From: an uncultured virus (IMG/VR IMGVR_UViG_3300038428_000489)
Lineage: Duplodnaviria > Heunggongvirae > Uroviricota > Caudoviricetes
Virus record (IMG/VR): IMGVR_UViG_3300038428_000489
Reading direction: 5' to 3' (one strand)
DNA length: 64,000 bases
Below the pieces are notes generated by a model. The model searched no databases and was not told the DNA's origin. It saw only the letters and a program-made list of their open reading frames with translations. Below, piece after piece: positions 56,501-64,000 of this stretch. The position numbers were made by a program, and so were the translations under genes. Every line of letters begins with the position of its first letter. Position 1 is the stretch's first letter.

Positions 56501-58240
56501 CTGGGCCGGGGCGAAAGAAGGAGGTTCCTCGGCAGCAGGCGCGGCAAATCGAGGACCTGTCGGGGGTTCTTCTTTGGGAAGGCTCTCGGGAATCTCGTTT
56601 TGACGGCCAGCGGGATTTACTGGGGGCAGACCCTTGGAAACTAACCCCGGCTCCGGGGCAGGTACAGCAGGGGAAGGGGACACCTCGCTTGGAAAAGCAG
56701 CCGCCCCGGAGGTCGGCCTGATTCCTTCTCTCCCCATGGGTTGAGCAATGCCCGCGGTTATTTTTTCCCCAGCCTCTTTCAATGCCTGATCCGCCAAGAA
56801 CTTTTCATGGGCATTACGCTGAGTCGGATCTACTGCAATAGCTGCCTGGACTTCATCGGGACGGGCCGGTTTGCCATCCGGGCCAAGAATTTGTCCCGGT
56901 CCATGTGCAGCCTCTCCAATGACCGCACCCTTCCCGCCCCGGTAGTAGCTCGCAACATTGACTTGGGCTTCTTGGTGGGCGGCTTGAAGATCCAGGGTAA
57001 GGCTCTTTTGCCACTCATCCAGAGCTTTGGCTCTATTTGCCTCAGCGGTACTTTTAGCTATACGATCTCGGGCCAAGCCAATCTCGCTGTGGATACCGGA
57101 AATAGCCGTCCCCAGAATAAGGCTCTCAAGGACTCCCTGAGTCACCTGGCGGTCGGGATTGTAGCCGAACTTCTCGAAGGCGTTCTCAATGATATTGAAT
57201 CCCGCCATGGCCCCGCCGCCCATGGTAGCATTAACCGCTCTCTGGGCAATGGCTTGGCCTGCCTTCCCTTCAAAAATCTTGGCAATGGCCGTAGAAGCCT
57301 TAATACCTTCCGGGCCTACTAGTTTGCCCAGCACCTTACCGGGAAGAACAGCGCCAGCGGTCCCGGCTCCCAGACCGATCATAATTTTTTCTACTGTCGG
57401 AATTTCCTTATTATGCTCCTTCTCCCAGGCCATCATGCGCTGGCCGGCATCACTGATACCGATGAGGGCACCGCCGATCTCACCTCCAATCGCCCCGGCA
57501 GCGGCGGCAGTAACCCCCAGAGCCGGGGCAACCACCTCGCCTCCGAGGGCCAGGATAGCAATGGGTAGAAGCTGGACGGCCAGGCTGGGCATGGATGAGG
57601 CCCACCACTTGGGATTGACCAGCAGAGAAGGATGCTCAGTTATCCCACCGGACACCGAAGGAGAAGGAGCATATTCACGCTCTAATTTCTCCCCGGTCTC
57701 GGCCAGACCTTCACCGGCCTTCATCCCGAAAGCCCCCATGATGGACCGGGGCATCGTCAAGACCCCGCCTAATCCCCGGGCAAGGCTGGCTCCGATTTCA
57801 TCGAGGAAACCCCCAACTCCGGTACGCTCCCCTGGCGGCCCTGCCGGTGCAACAGCACGGGTCGGAGCAAGGGCCTCGGGTAACTGACCTGGAGGTGGAC
57901 TCGCTGGTGCGGCAAGAGGCGGTTCAGGTACGGCAGTAGGTCTCGGAGCCAAAGTAGGAGGCAATTCAGTCGGTGCCCCGCCTGTGCCTCCCGGCGGTTT
58001 GGCTACTTCTGATACAGGAGTCTTTGGTGCCAGTTCGGGAGTAGCCGGTTTCAGCCCAATCTTCCCCATAAAATCGGGGAAGGTGTCAGGCGGTTTTGCA
58101 AGTTCCGCCGGAGGTTGCCCTGCATATCCTCCTGGCCATTTGGGGGTGGGCAGACCTGTGGGTTCAGGGGCTTGAGGTGTCGGCGCAGCGCTGACCTTCA
58201 ATCCGATACTACCCATGAAGTTGTCAAAATCATCGGCCAT
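50531..58240 (-). CDS. Giant polyvalent/internal virion protein (2569 aa)
   Basis: Hydrophobic Gly/Ala region, Pro-rich linkers, ParB-like domain (VVNGHQRLALAK), zincin HELWH, helical C-terminus. Confidence 0.8.
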   Translation of the reverse strand: MADDFDNFMGSIGLKVSAAPTPQAPEPTGLPTPKWPGGYAGQPPAELAKPPDTFPDFMGKIGLKPATPELAPKTPVSEVAKPPGGTGGAPTELPPTLAPRPTAVPEPPLAAPASPPPGQLPEALAPTRAVAPAGPPGERTGVGGFLDEIGASLARGLGGVLTMPRSIMGAFGMKAGEGLAETGEKLEREYAPSPSVSGGITEHPSLLVNPKWWASSMPSLAVQLLPIAILALGGEVVAPALGVTAAAAGAIGGEIGGALIGISDAGQRMMAWEKEHNKEIPTVEKIMIGLGAGTAGAVLPGKVLGKLVGPEGIKASTAIAKIFEGKAGQAIAQRAVNATMGGGAMAGFNIIENAFEKFGYNPDRQVTQGVLESLILGTAISGIHSEIGLARDRIAKSTAEANRAKALDEWQKSLTLDLQAAHQEAQVNVASYYRGGKGAVIGEAAHGPGQILGPDGKPARPDEVQAAIAVDPTQRNAHEKFLADQALKEAGEKITAGIAQPMGREGIRPTSGAAAFPSEVSPSPAVPAPEPGLVSKGLPPVNPAGRQNEIPESLPKEEPPTGPRFAAPAAEEPPSFAPAQAGGPGNVGISPTPAGGEPTEKMPPAPEPGLPDQPMPKAGTTPAPTIAPSSTVPPAPSGEAAAPAKEPWGELKRDRNRFYQVFPDELETTFEKELEKTVTAWAEKGEPMPRRVHGTKEDKPFKLQRSGEISQEQLKQAQKLADQNHKPILTLIVHDKSTEIPKYGINVEFFGDRPVVGTNQFVEADSIARQLSGVDQARKIIFPKNPPPEAKTDLAPKAPEAGKGEGEKAPPGWEIDKVTDGILVANESLGIKKSMYGDRSDAVDWINAYESGSLPKYTYELKNEFNKYKNKNLWSLRVFNEDGLKRSDETFNTKEEALKEITNRRKQLNYTLTGNYDEQRATPKTSKEEALRKEAGFFKEEQQGPEKEPDAKLRRLTEAKLARGEKVSDSLLKRFPDLAPKVPEGGVGAAFGLAPKPAPEAGGEGIAIERVPVQEIKVAPETFQFKQGYESETGAGLALKDVKKWDEGLGGVVTLWKSPDGEQFVVNGHQRLALAKRLGVKDVRAQILDSAQWSAQEARAYGAKINIAEGRGTEMDMAKFMRDTKLTPEDLANEGLSLSEAKTDRAVALSQVIDPIFHQVSIGRFPVDKAVTIGRELGGDPSAQEGIYKLLSDWEGKGKVIGNDKLREIIRLSVNAPRVPGMQKDLFGEQELVNTLILEKAEILSHARKSLLQDRGLFTLVSKKTTRLREAGNVLDPETNKLISKESANALALVDKFAYLADSETSKTLNQYAEALAGSANKGAVKNEAYRAIKNALSQDRARFFPGQSGYVGIVEKEPQAGAVDRGQRPQPAKLSPSEITPAEPTKFSLAPEQEASLSRGLTTDIIQKRFGKNGTVTEMAPGEIGPDDNRGWVIREKSGQMVLIREAKDGSLKLGLGETIGPDYAALGIDPEGRTIRGAYTSLSFNLGGFIEIARGEGPRTLDHELWHHVEQYFLTPAELAKVTEKYGDNEELRAKAYQEWDPKVAPDTIFQKIKDFFTRIIRAITGYENVDDIFTKARSGEMFGREPRGKELPEALAPTRYRVREDEGVEGERPWQIVGGITGAVKGNVEAAHAHYTGVKDTLSRLFYPARRTEEGRWTHQIIAGRTAEVQAEVTRMNRSFADFDKDTRFDDPRVLDFLRLYESGKADQVKDPTLKAFADSYKPEERRQVAAIHELGISMNDLSNYMDHLWKPSEKLEALKKAIFEGRTRSLEGPQYFRNLRTVVSIPAGIEAGLEPRFPTLAQSVMAGRAAHEAFIGSQRIIADLKNAGKVEVVKSLDRMPEGYRQFPGSYGEVWKKVERRAVQAIPERADEETLPLGGSDRQITIPGAKKGGIIPGGERMGYEEIPALKGWMRVGYRVGPDEVVRQVENFVGRGLEGSDAYQLYTRSLYGIRHMQMALSGWHFFFEGINSMASQSWAGLSDTVGGLFHGDLPRVAGGLGQLVTAPAALPIYMRQGLKFDRALMNPEKADAHVLEIAKILVGGGTRPAAETNLKKILAGHLQDVWEAGPLHPLQATGHLLKTASAGLMDYVVPQGKNGQIYLEFNKEVERFQRTQGRPATPEEEARIAYEVREHADNVWGEVAKDNVAMNATVKSLFGAIIQFPRFNIGSAKLASRSFAGAKDVLMKAVDFARGEPVRDLKMQDRLALQYATGLLFSVGMMGGLMHWAFTGKKPEQLKDYFYPATGETMPNGAEERLQLPSYLKDAMGLWKHPFRTVTAKEATFIHIISDLIENKDYWGNQIADHYDPYSQQAWGVLKYMTKQASPFILQSYQKGAKQGPERAALSLFGVRPVPREIANTPAQNVIDEYKQLMRASTTTKESAETKKLRGDLTKMARDEDSEGFEEAATQAVSEGKLTRQQVKEIVEESQVPAGQARFYRLPLEWMARTMEQASDYERQQWTPLMQRKIANAKPEMLIRNRDALVPLLRELDMDKVADTIQDMQMPEEPLAGQDLTGLGILRPATETPGMDEVNEAISADIEKNLEKVGQPGKTRKKTDRYQFLGL

Positions 58241-58249
58241 GATATTCCC

Positions 58250-59320
58250 TTACGGGCCAAAGACGCCATATTTCGGCTGAGGTTGTTGAAAAAGCGGTGT
58301 TTCTGATTTAACTTCTGAACCACCGCCAAATCCAGGAACTCCCGTAGGCACTGAAGCTGGAACGAAAGGCGCAAACGCGCCGCCCATTGGGCCAGCCTCA
58401 GTAGGCGCCGCTTCCCACCAGTGCGATTTAGGCGGCGGAGGCGGTGCCGACCTGACCTGCGCAAGCAACCGCGCCCAATGTTCCGGGTTTGCCTGGCCTG
58501 TATTCAGCCAAGTTTCAATGTCGGCATCCGGGCGTAACGGCTGGGTTAGAAGCCATTTGCGAACTTCTTGCCGCTCTGCGAATAGCTTTTTAGCAGCTTC
58601 AAACCCCTGAGTTCCGGCGACACTTCTCGCCGCCATCTGATCACGAGCCATTCCTTCATCTTTGGGCATAAAGCCCAACTTTCCACTCTTTGGGTCAAAA
58701 GTAGTGTAAGGACTTTCGTTATGAAGCCAGGTATCGAAAGCCTTGCCTTGCTCTTCTGCCTGCTGTTTCGGCAATGCGGCCCTTGCCTGCTCCGTGGCAA
58801 ATTCTTTTGCAGGATCTCGGTTATAAGCCGCCATAGCTTCCACATGAGCTTTAGCCTCAATTTGTGCCTTCTCAAGTTCGGTTGAACGGAGCATCCCTGC
58901 CCTTGTGGTCTCACCCGCTTCCCGCGCCATCCCCTCATGCCATCTTTGAACTGCTTCTGGATAATCCTCACCACGGCCCTCACTTGTGAATACCTGGGAA
59001 GATGGATGGCCTGTGCCCCTGATTTCCTCAATCCCGAGATTGTCTTTACCCAAAACCATGCTTCCACCTGGGGATGTTCTAAAAGGGGTAAATTCAGGTT
59101 TGCCTCCGGGCGTAGCCTCGGCCAGATTTGCTCCTGGTGCTGTTATAACACCCGCAGACGGTGGACCGGCACCTCCGACGCGGAATGGCCCGGCACCCCT
59201 AGCTTCGGTCCTTGGTTCCACAAATGGACTACCACGACCTGCCTCGCGAGCCGCAGCCGCATCTTCTGCGGCAAATGTTTTTTTGTCCCAAGGCATAACA
59301 GCAATTTGGAATTCAGCCAT
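58250..59320 (-). CDS. Putative internal virion protein
   Basis: Ala/Gly/Pro-rich; upstream of the giant protein. Confidence 0.55.
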   Translation of the reverse strand: MAEFQIAVMPWDKKTFAAEDAAAAREAGRGSPFVEPRTEARGAGPFRVGGAGPPSAGVITAPGANLAEATPGGKPEFTPFRTSPGGSMVLGKDNLGIEEIRGTGHPSSQVFTSEGRGEDYPEAVQRWHEGMAREAGETTRAGMLRSTELEKAQIEAKAHVEAMAAYNRDPAKEFATEQARAALPKQQAEEQGKAFDTWLHNESPYTTFDPKSGKLGFMPKDEGMARDQMAARSVAGTQGFEAAKKLFAERQEVRKWLLTQPLRPDADIETWLNTGQANPEHWARLLAQVRSAPPPPPKSHWWEAAPTEAGPMGGAFAPFVPASVPTGVPGFGGGSEVKSETPLFQQPQPKYGVFGP

Positions 59321-59323
59321 GAT

Positions 59324-60361
59324 TTATCCTCCTGCTGGATTATCCAGCTCGTAAAAACTAATCGGGACTATTTGCCATGTATCCCCAAAAGCCTTCATGT
59401 CATCATCGCTCCAAAGCTGGCTGGTTTTGGTCGTGGTCACATCCTTCAGAATGGTCACCCGATCCCCAACTTGATAAGTGGCAAAATCGCTGGGAGTCGC
59501 GGTCACTATACCATCAGAGTTCGCATCGGTTACCCGCCATTTGACCTTGTAAGTCGGATAAGGCGTATCCACAGTCGGATCGATAACCTCGGTGACCACC
59601 CCGCTGGTGTAAAACACGGTGTCCATCCAATGGCCAGCATACATGAAAGGTGAAGATAGCTGCGATTGCGTCCCCCAACAGACATCCGGCATCATTCTGA
59701 CCCCCAGGGCCAGGAGTTCCCCGGGCACCGGCCATTTAGGCGGATTCCCCGACGCATCGCTCGCGGGCATATTGATCCTGAACCACCAATGGGGTTTGGT
59801 GGGTGCGGGCTGCCCATTTAGATTCTTTGCCAAAATTTGTGCAGGCACTCCGGTCACATTCTGTTGCGTAACTTGATCAAAATTGGCCGCGACCAACGAG
59901 GTAAGATTCAATAAAATCTTGTCCTTGTCCGGCCACTGGAAGAAGGTCTCCGGCACTGGCGCCACCACCTTGTCGTCCCCAGGAACGGCCGTCACCTTAT
60001 CCGGCGTGGTTGAGTATTGTCCAATAGCCATCAACATCTCTACAGCCGGGACTCCCTTATCTTCAATCGGGAACCCTGCCAAAAAATCTATGAAGCCGCT
60101 TACCGGCTGCTGATTAACAAACACCGCCTCCTGATAGTGAAAGTCCGCACCATAGATAGGAAACTCGAACCGGGCCAAAAAGAGTCGGTCAGTCCCCGCC
60201 AGGGTCTGAAACGGATTGATCTGTAAATTCTTTACCATGTCCTGCAACGAATCCCCGGCTTGGTCGGCAATATCGTCCATCCCCTCATCCGAGTCCATGA
60301 TCCACCAAGTAGGACCAAGATCCTCTCTATAAGGTAAAAAATCTTCGGGGTCCCAGGGCAT
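59324..60361 (-). CDS. Tail-region protein with a possible C-terminal OB fold
   Basis: GVVTEV..YKVKW..SDFATYQVGDRVTILK. Confidence 0.5.
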   Translation of the reverse strand: MPWDPEDFLPYREDLGPTWWIMDSDEGMDDIADQAGDSLQDMVKNLQINPFQTLAGTDRLFLARFEFPIYGADFHYQEAVFVNQQPVSGFIDFLAGFPIEDKGVPAVEMLMAIGQYSTTPDKVTAVPGDDKVVAPVPETFFQWPDKDKILLNLTSLVAANFDQVTQQNVTGVPAQILAKNLNGQPAPTKPHWWFRINMPASDASGNPPKWPVPGELLALGVRMMPDVCWGTQSQLSSPFMYAGHWMDTVFYTSGVVTEVIDPTVDTPYPTYKVKWRVTDANSDGIVTATPSDFATYQVGDRVTILKDVTTTKTSQLWSDDDMKAFGDTWQIVPISFYELDNPAGG

Positions 60362-60362
60362 C

Positions 60363-61901
60363 TTAGCTGATAAACTCCGTTTCGTTCAAAGTAGTGTAAT
60401 CCCATCTCGTCATTCCTGCATAAGTAGCTATTCTTGCAGCCTCAAGCAATTCCTTCGCCCAAGTTTCCTTGTCCTGCTCACCCTGAAAGTAATATAGGTT
60501 TTCATCCATCATCCGCTCTTTGGCGGCCACCAGGGTTCCCTGTAAAGTCGCCTCTTCCCCAAGTTCGATCTGAGTCTGAGTGTCCTTGTAGGTGAAGGCG
60601 GTCTGCTCATTATCCATCGCGGTATTTCGTAGATCCTCCGCCGTCTCTCCATCGGTCAAAAGCTGAGGAAGTATCTTAGCTATTGCCTGCTCCGCTGCCA
60701 GCTTGAGATTTTCTATTAGGGTGTCGGTATCGTATTGCTGAATCATGTCGTCCAGCTTGGATTGGAGAAACCCGAACCCGGCCTGGATCTCCTGGGTGCC
60801 AATGTCCAGCTTTATAGCTTCCAGTTGAATCATCAGCACCTTGACAAAAAGCTCGGCTACCTGGGCCTGCAATTCTGCTTTCTGAGCGGTGGTCATTGCT
60901 ATTTCCACCTGGGCTTCTTCGGCCTTTACCTCAGTCTCGCCTGCCTCCACCCCGGCCATGGCGGCCCGCACCGCCGCCTTTAAAGCCTCCAAATTAATCT
61001 TGACAATCTCGGTAACTATAAACTGCTGATTGATGGACTCTTTGACAATATTGGCCTGAACCTCTTGCAGGTGCACCGCCTCCTGGTTAATGGCCAGGGT
61101 GGTTTTCTCCACCTCCACCTCAGCCTCACCTGCAGCTACCTCCGCTTCAGCGGCCCGGAACATCGCCTTCTGCGCTTTCAGCACAATCTTAGCAATGTCG
61201 GTTTGCAAAAACGCCTGATTGATGCTCTCTTTGATAATGTCGTCTTGCACCGCCTCAAGACGCAACTCCTCTTTGGCGATGGCCAGGTCTGCTTCTTCAA
61301 CCTTGACCTCGGCCTCCCCCGCGCCTACCTGGGCCTCGGCGGCTTTTACGATGGCCTCTTGCGCCACTATCTGGTTTTTGGCGATATCTGTCGCCACAAA
61401 CTGCTGGGCGATTCCTTCTTCGATAATCTTATCTTCGACATCTTGCAGGTGCAGGGCCTCTTTAGCGATAAATAGGGTTACTTCCGATGCCTCCACCGCC
61501 AACATCTTGAGTTCCACCGCCGCCGCGAACTCCTGGGTCCCCATAAGCAGCGAGCGCACTTTGGCGCTGTAAAAATCCGCGGTCAGCACATAATCGTTAG
61601 TCGCTTGCTCGATGGCCAGCTTCACTAGCCCGGTTTCCACTTTCATATCGGCAATCAAGCGTTCTTGATTCACCACCGCCTGATCTACCTCGTTGCTCCG
61701 CTTGACCTGGTACTCCTTAACCCGCCAGTTCTCATCAGCAATAGCCATGGGATTGGCCACCCCCGCCCGTCCCAGGTCATTGAGCACCTTCTGTTCAGCC
61801 GCCAGAGGGCACAGAAGTCCACCCCACTCGAAGGAAACCCACAGGGTCCTATTGCGCTCCCAGGTACGCTCTCTCAATTCTCTTTTAGCGATAGTTTCCA
61901 T
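60363..61901 (-). CDS. Coiled-coil protein with 3 x 63-aa repeats
   Basis: Repeats at 60909-61475. Confidence 0.75.
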   Translation of the reverse strand: METIAKRELRERTWERNRTLWVSFEWGGLLCPLAAEQKVLNDLGRAGVANPMAIADENWRVKEYQVKRSNEVDQAVVNQERLIADMKVETGLVKLAIEQATNDYVLTADFYSAKVRSLLMGTQEFAAAVELKMLAVEASEVTLFIAKEALHLQDVEDKIIEEGIAQQFVATDIAKNQIVAQEAIVKAAEAQVGAGEAEVKVEEADLAIAKEELRLEAVQDDIIKESINQAFLQTDIAKIVLKAQKAMFRAAEAEVAAGEAEVEVEKTTLAINQEAVHLQEVQANIVKESINQQFIVTEIVKINLEALKAAVRAAMAGVEAGETEVKAEEAQVEIAMTTAQKAELQAQVAELFVKVLMIQLEAIKLDIGTQEIQAGFGFLQSKLDDMIQQYDTDTLIENLKLAAEQAIAKILPQLLTDGETAEDLRNTAMDNEQTAFTYKDTQTQIELGEEATLQGTLVAAKERMMDENLYYFQGEQDKETWAKELLEAARIATYAGMTRWDYTTLNETEFIS

Positions 61902-61909
61902 AACCGCCT

Positions 61910-63517
61910 TTATGCCACGACAAAAGACCCGGCTTGAATTGTCTTTTCCACCAGAGATGTTGTCTCACGGTTAAAGCGCTGGACGACACTGGCCGCTATT
62001 TGAGCAGCCTCACTTTGAGCCCGAGCCTGCAAATTGGTTAGCAAAGAAGTCAGTTTCTCGGTGAGCAGGGTCCGGTCATAGTTCTCTAGACCCACTTCAT
62101 TGTTCACCCTGATGGTTTCCCGGGCCAGAGGCGTCTGAAGTCCATATAGAACTTCTTCTTCATCCAGGGTCAGCTTTTTCGCAAGGAGTTCCGCCTGGAT
62201 CTGGTTTCGGTACGCCGCCAGAGTTTCTTCGTTTTGAGTTCGGATCAGCCGGTTCGCTTCCTCCGCTGTGACAAGATTTGCGTCAACCAGCTTCTTATTT
62301 TCCTCCGCCACCCGCAGCAGGTGATCTACATATTCTTTGACGACTTCCACTTCCAGCCGACCGTATCCCAGGTTCACCAGGGCTGTCTGAATAGGCAGGT
62401 TAGCGGTCTCCGCCGCCGCCAACTGCAATTCCGCATCGGCCTTCTGGATATAGTAAGGCACCATGGCCAACTTGATCGCCACCAGGGCCTGGTCCGCGGT
62501 CAAGAGGTTTTGCAGAGCCATAACCTTTGCCTGGTCCGCAGCTACCTCAACCTTCTCGGCGGCGATTTCCGCATCAATCGCCGGAATCTCCTGCAGCTTC
62601 ATTTCCGCGGTTTGCAGCCCCGCCGCCACCAGGACGCTTTCGTAAGGCACAGTCGCTTCCTGGTCTGTGACCAAAACCCGCTGCGCCGCCAGTTTGGCTT
62701 GATCTGCCGCCAGCTTATCGTAATCCGCGGCAATCTCCACCTTCTCAGCGGCGATCTCCTGGTTGATGGGCGGGATTTCCTGGAGCCGCATTACCGCGGT
62801 GGCCAACTGCGCCAGGAGCAAAGCCTGTTCATAGGGCAAGACGCCTTGCTGCACCGCCACCAGATTGCGCTCCGCCACCAGCAGGTCTTGCAAAGCCGCC
62901 ACCTTAGCCTGATCGGCAACCAGCTCTACCTTCTGGGCCGCGATGATCTGCCAGATGGAGGCGATGATCTGCAACTTCATCTCGGCGGTCTGAAGCTGGG
63001 CCGCCAGCAGGGCCGCCTCATAAGGCAGGTCGTTGGTCTGGGCCTGCACCAACTGCGCTTTGAGGGCGGCGATCTGGGCCTGTGCTGTGGCCTTGTCCCG
63101 GATGATGGCCACCATGCGCAGCTCGGTATCGGAGTCGAGCCGTTTGACATCCGCCTGCCCCTTGCGAAAAGCCGCCTGTACCTGGGTCTGCTCAATTTCC
63201 AGGGCATCGAAAATCTCAACACGATAGAGTTCCATGGCCAGGGTCATTACCCGGACCAGAATCTTTAAGGCAAAATCGTACTCGGAGAAGATGATGGCTC
63301 GGCGGTCATCGTAAATCTTGCCGTTCACCAGGACCAGTTTATCCTTGGCTTCCTGGCCGGCTTGCAGGATGGCGTCCAGGTTCTCCCCGGGGGGTTCACA
63401 GAAGCCCCTGGCAGCGCCATCGGCCAAGGCCTTGTCCACTGTGACCAGGAGCCGGGCGTTCTCTTGCTCGACACCCTGGGTCCATTCCGCCGATTCTCGT
63501 TCATTGAAGGAGGTCAT
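61910..63517 (-). CDS. Coiled-coil protein with 3 x 63-aa repeats
   Basis: Repeats at 62462-63028. Confidence 0.75.
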   Translation of the reverse strand: MTSFNERESAEWTQGVEQENARLLVTVDKALADGAARGFCEPPGENLDAILQAGQEAKDKLVLVNGKIYDDRRAIIFSEYDFALKILVRVMTLAMELYRVEIFDALEIEQTQVQAAFRKGQADVKRLDSDTELRMVAIIRDKATAQAQIAALKAQLVQAQTNDLPYEAALLAAQLQTAEMKLQIIASIWQIIAAQKVELVADQAKVAALQDLLVAERNLVAVQQGVLPYEQALLLAQLATAVMRLQEIPPINQEIAAEKVEIAADYDKLAADQAKLAAQRVLVTDQEATVPYESVLVAAGLQTAEMKLQEIPAIDAEIAAEKVEVAADQAKVMALQNLLTADQALVAIKLAMVPYYIQKADAELQLAAAETANLPIQTALVNLGYGRLEVEVVKEYVDHLLRVAEENKKLVDANLVTAEEANRLIRTQNEETLAAYRNQIQAELLAKKLTLDEEEVLYGLQTPLARETIRVNNEVGLENYDRTLLTEKLTSLLTNLQARAQSEAAQIAASVVQRFNRETTSLVEKTIQAGSFVVA

Positions 63518-63999
63518 TTACAAATCCGCCTTAAATATCGGAATTTCGATAACACATCAGCCGGTTTGGGTAAATTTTTGCTATAATATTTTAACATTGA
63601 TAATATTTTTTCCGCACAGACGAGTTCTATCGCAATCCCTTCCGGGCTATCAATCGCTATCGGAGGTGGCTTTACTGGAAATCCGTAAATTTTGGCAAGG
63701 ATGGCGGCAAGAATTGGCGAAACCGTCCCGGTAACCTGGGGAAACCCCTCAAAATCGGCGCTTTCCTGGGCAAGAGCAGCGGCCATGGTGCCGGACAAAT
63801 AAGGGAAGGACCAAGGATTTAAAGCACTCTCATATTCCTCGCCGGTCCCGCTAGCATATGTTACGAAGTTATCGAAGGTGTTGCTGGTTATGGTGTCCGT
63901 ATAAAGCCCGCAAGCCGTCCCCGATCTGACCCCGGCATCGCTGATGGTGCCGCTTCCGACATAGGCGTTGTTGTAAAACAGATAATAGGATGTGCCGAT
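63514..63999 (-). CDS. C-terminal part of a tail-region protein (starts beyond the window)
   Basis: Frame is open to the window end: ..IGTSYYLFYNNAYVG..GLY..TFDNF..; ATGA overlap with the next gene. Confidence 0.7.
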   Translation of the reverse strand: MGTSYYLFYNNAYVGSGTISDAGVRSGTACGLYTDTITSNTFDNFVTYASGTGEEYESALNPWSFPYLSGTMAAALAQESADFEGFPQVTGTVSPILAAILAKIYGFPVKPPPIAIDSPEGIAIELVCAEKILSMLKYYSKNLPKPADVLSKFRYLRRICK

Positions 64000-64000
64000 G

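Larger units (their letters stand above)
1..64000. mobile_element. Temperate tailed phage genome (podovirus-like), near complete, circularly permuted
   Basis: Terminase, portal, scaffold, capsid, integrase/xis, cro/cI, helicase and lysis genes all present; both ends lie in minus-strand tail genes; no host genes. Confidence 0.93.

Noticed and set aside
1..64000. CRISPR or TIGR-like array, DGR, retron
   Set aside because: No regularly spaced repeat-spacer array, reverse transcriptase, Cas or Nop-domain protein was visible by eye
1..64000. Genome-wide stop-codon reassignment
   Set aside because: TAG ends terL and the scaffold gene, and TGA occurs in many ATGA overlaps; long genes are intact in the standard code

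Overview
The window is almost certainly one temperate tailed phage genome, nearly complete and circularly permuted: both ends fall inside minus-strand tail genes and no host housekeeping genes are present. It looks podovirus-like, with no tape-measure, tail-tube or sheath gene recognisable. Layout: tail and head genes with a glycosyltransferase cassette (1-18.9 kb, minus); terS, tRNAs and structured RNAs (21-23.6 kb); a short plus-strand operon led by a structured RNA (24.4-26.2 kb); replication genes, methyltransferase, TGT-like gene, tRNA-Pro, integrase and xis (26-34 kb, minus); a cro/cI switch with four operators; a plus-strand early operon with HNH genes, a recombinase and three more structured RNA loci (35-43.7 kb); lysis genes, an ATP-grasp ligase/zincin pair, a 2569-aa polyvalent protein and two coiled-coil proteins with matched 63-aa repeats (43.8-64 kb, minus). 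The most notable points are: about six unannotated structured-RNA loci, several next to HNH genes; two tRNA-Pro genes that both carry C33; two candidate virion-modification systems (glycosylation and ATP-grasp/peptidase); in-frame stop codons in early genes on both sides of the switch; and matched repeat expansion in two adjacent coiled-coil genes. Family calls come from motif recognition by eye and RNA pairings were found by hand; no database search or folding program was run.
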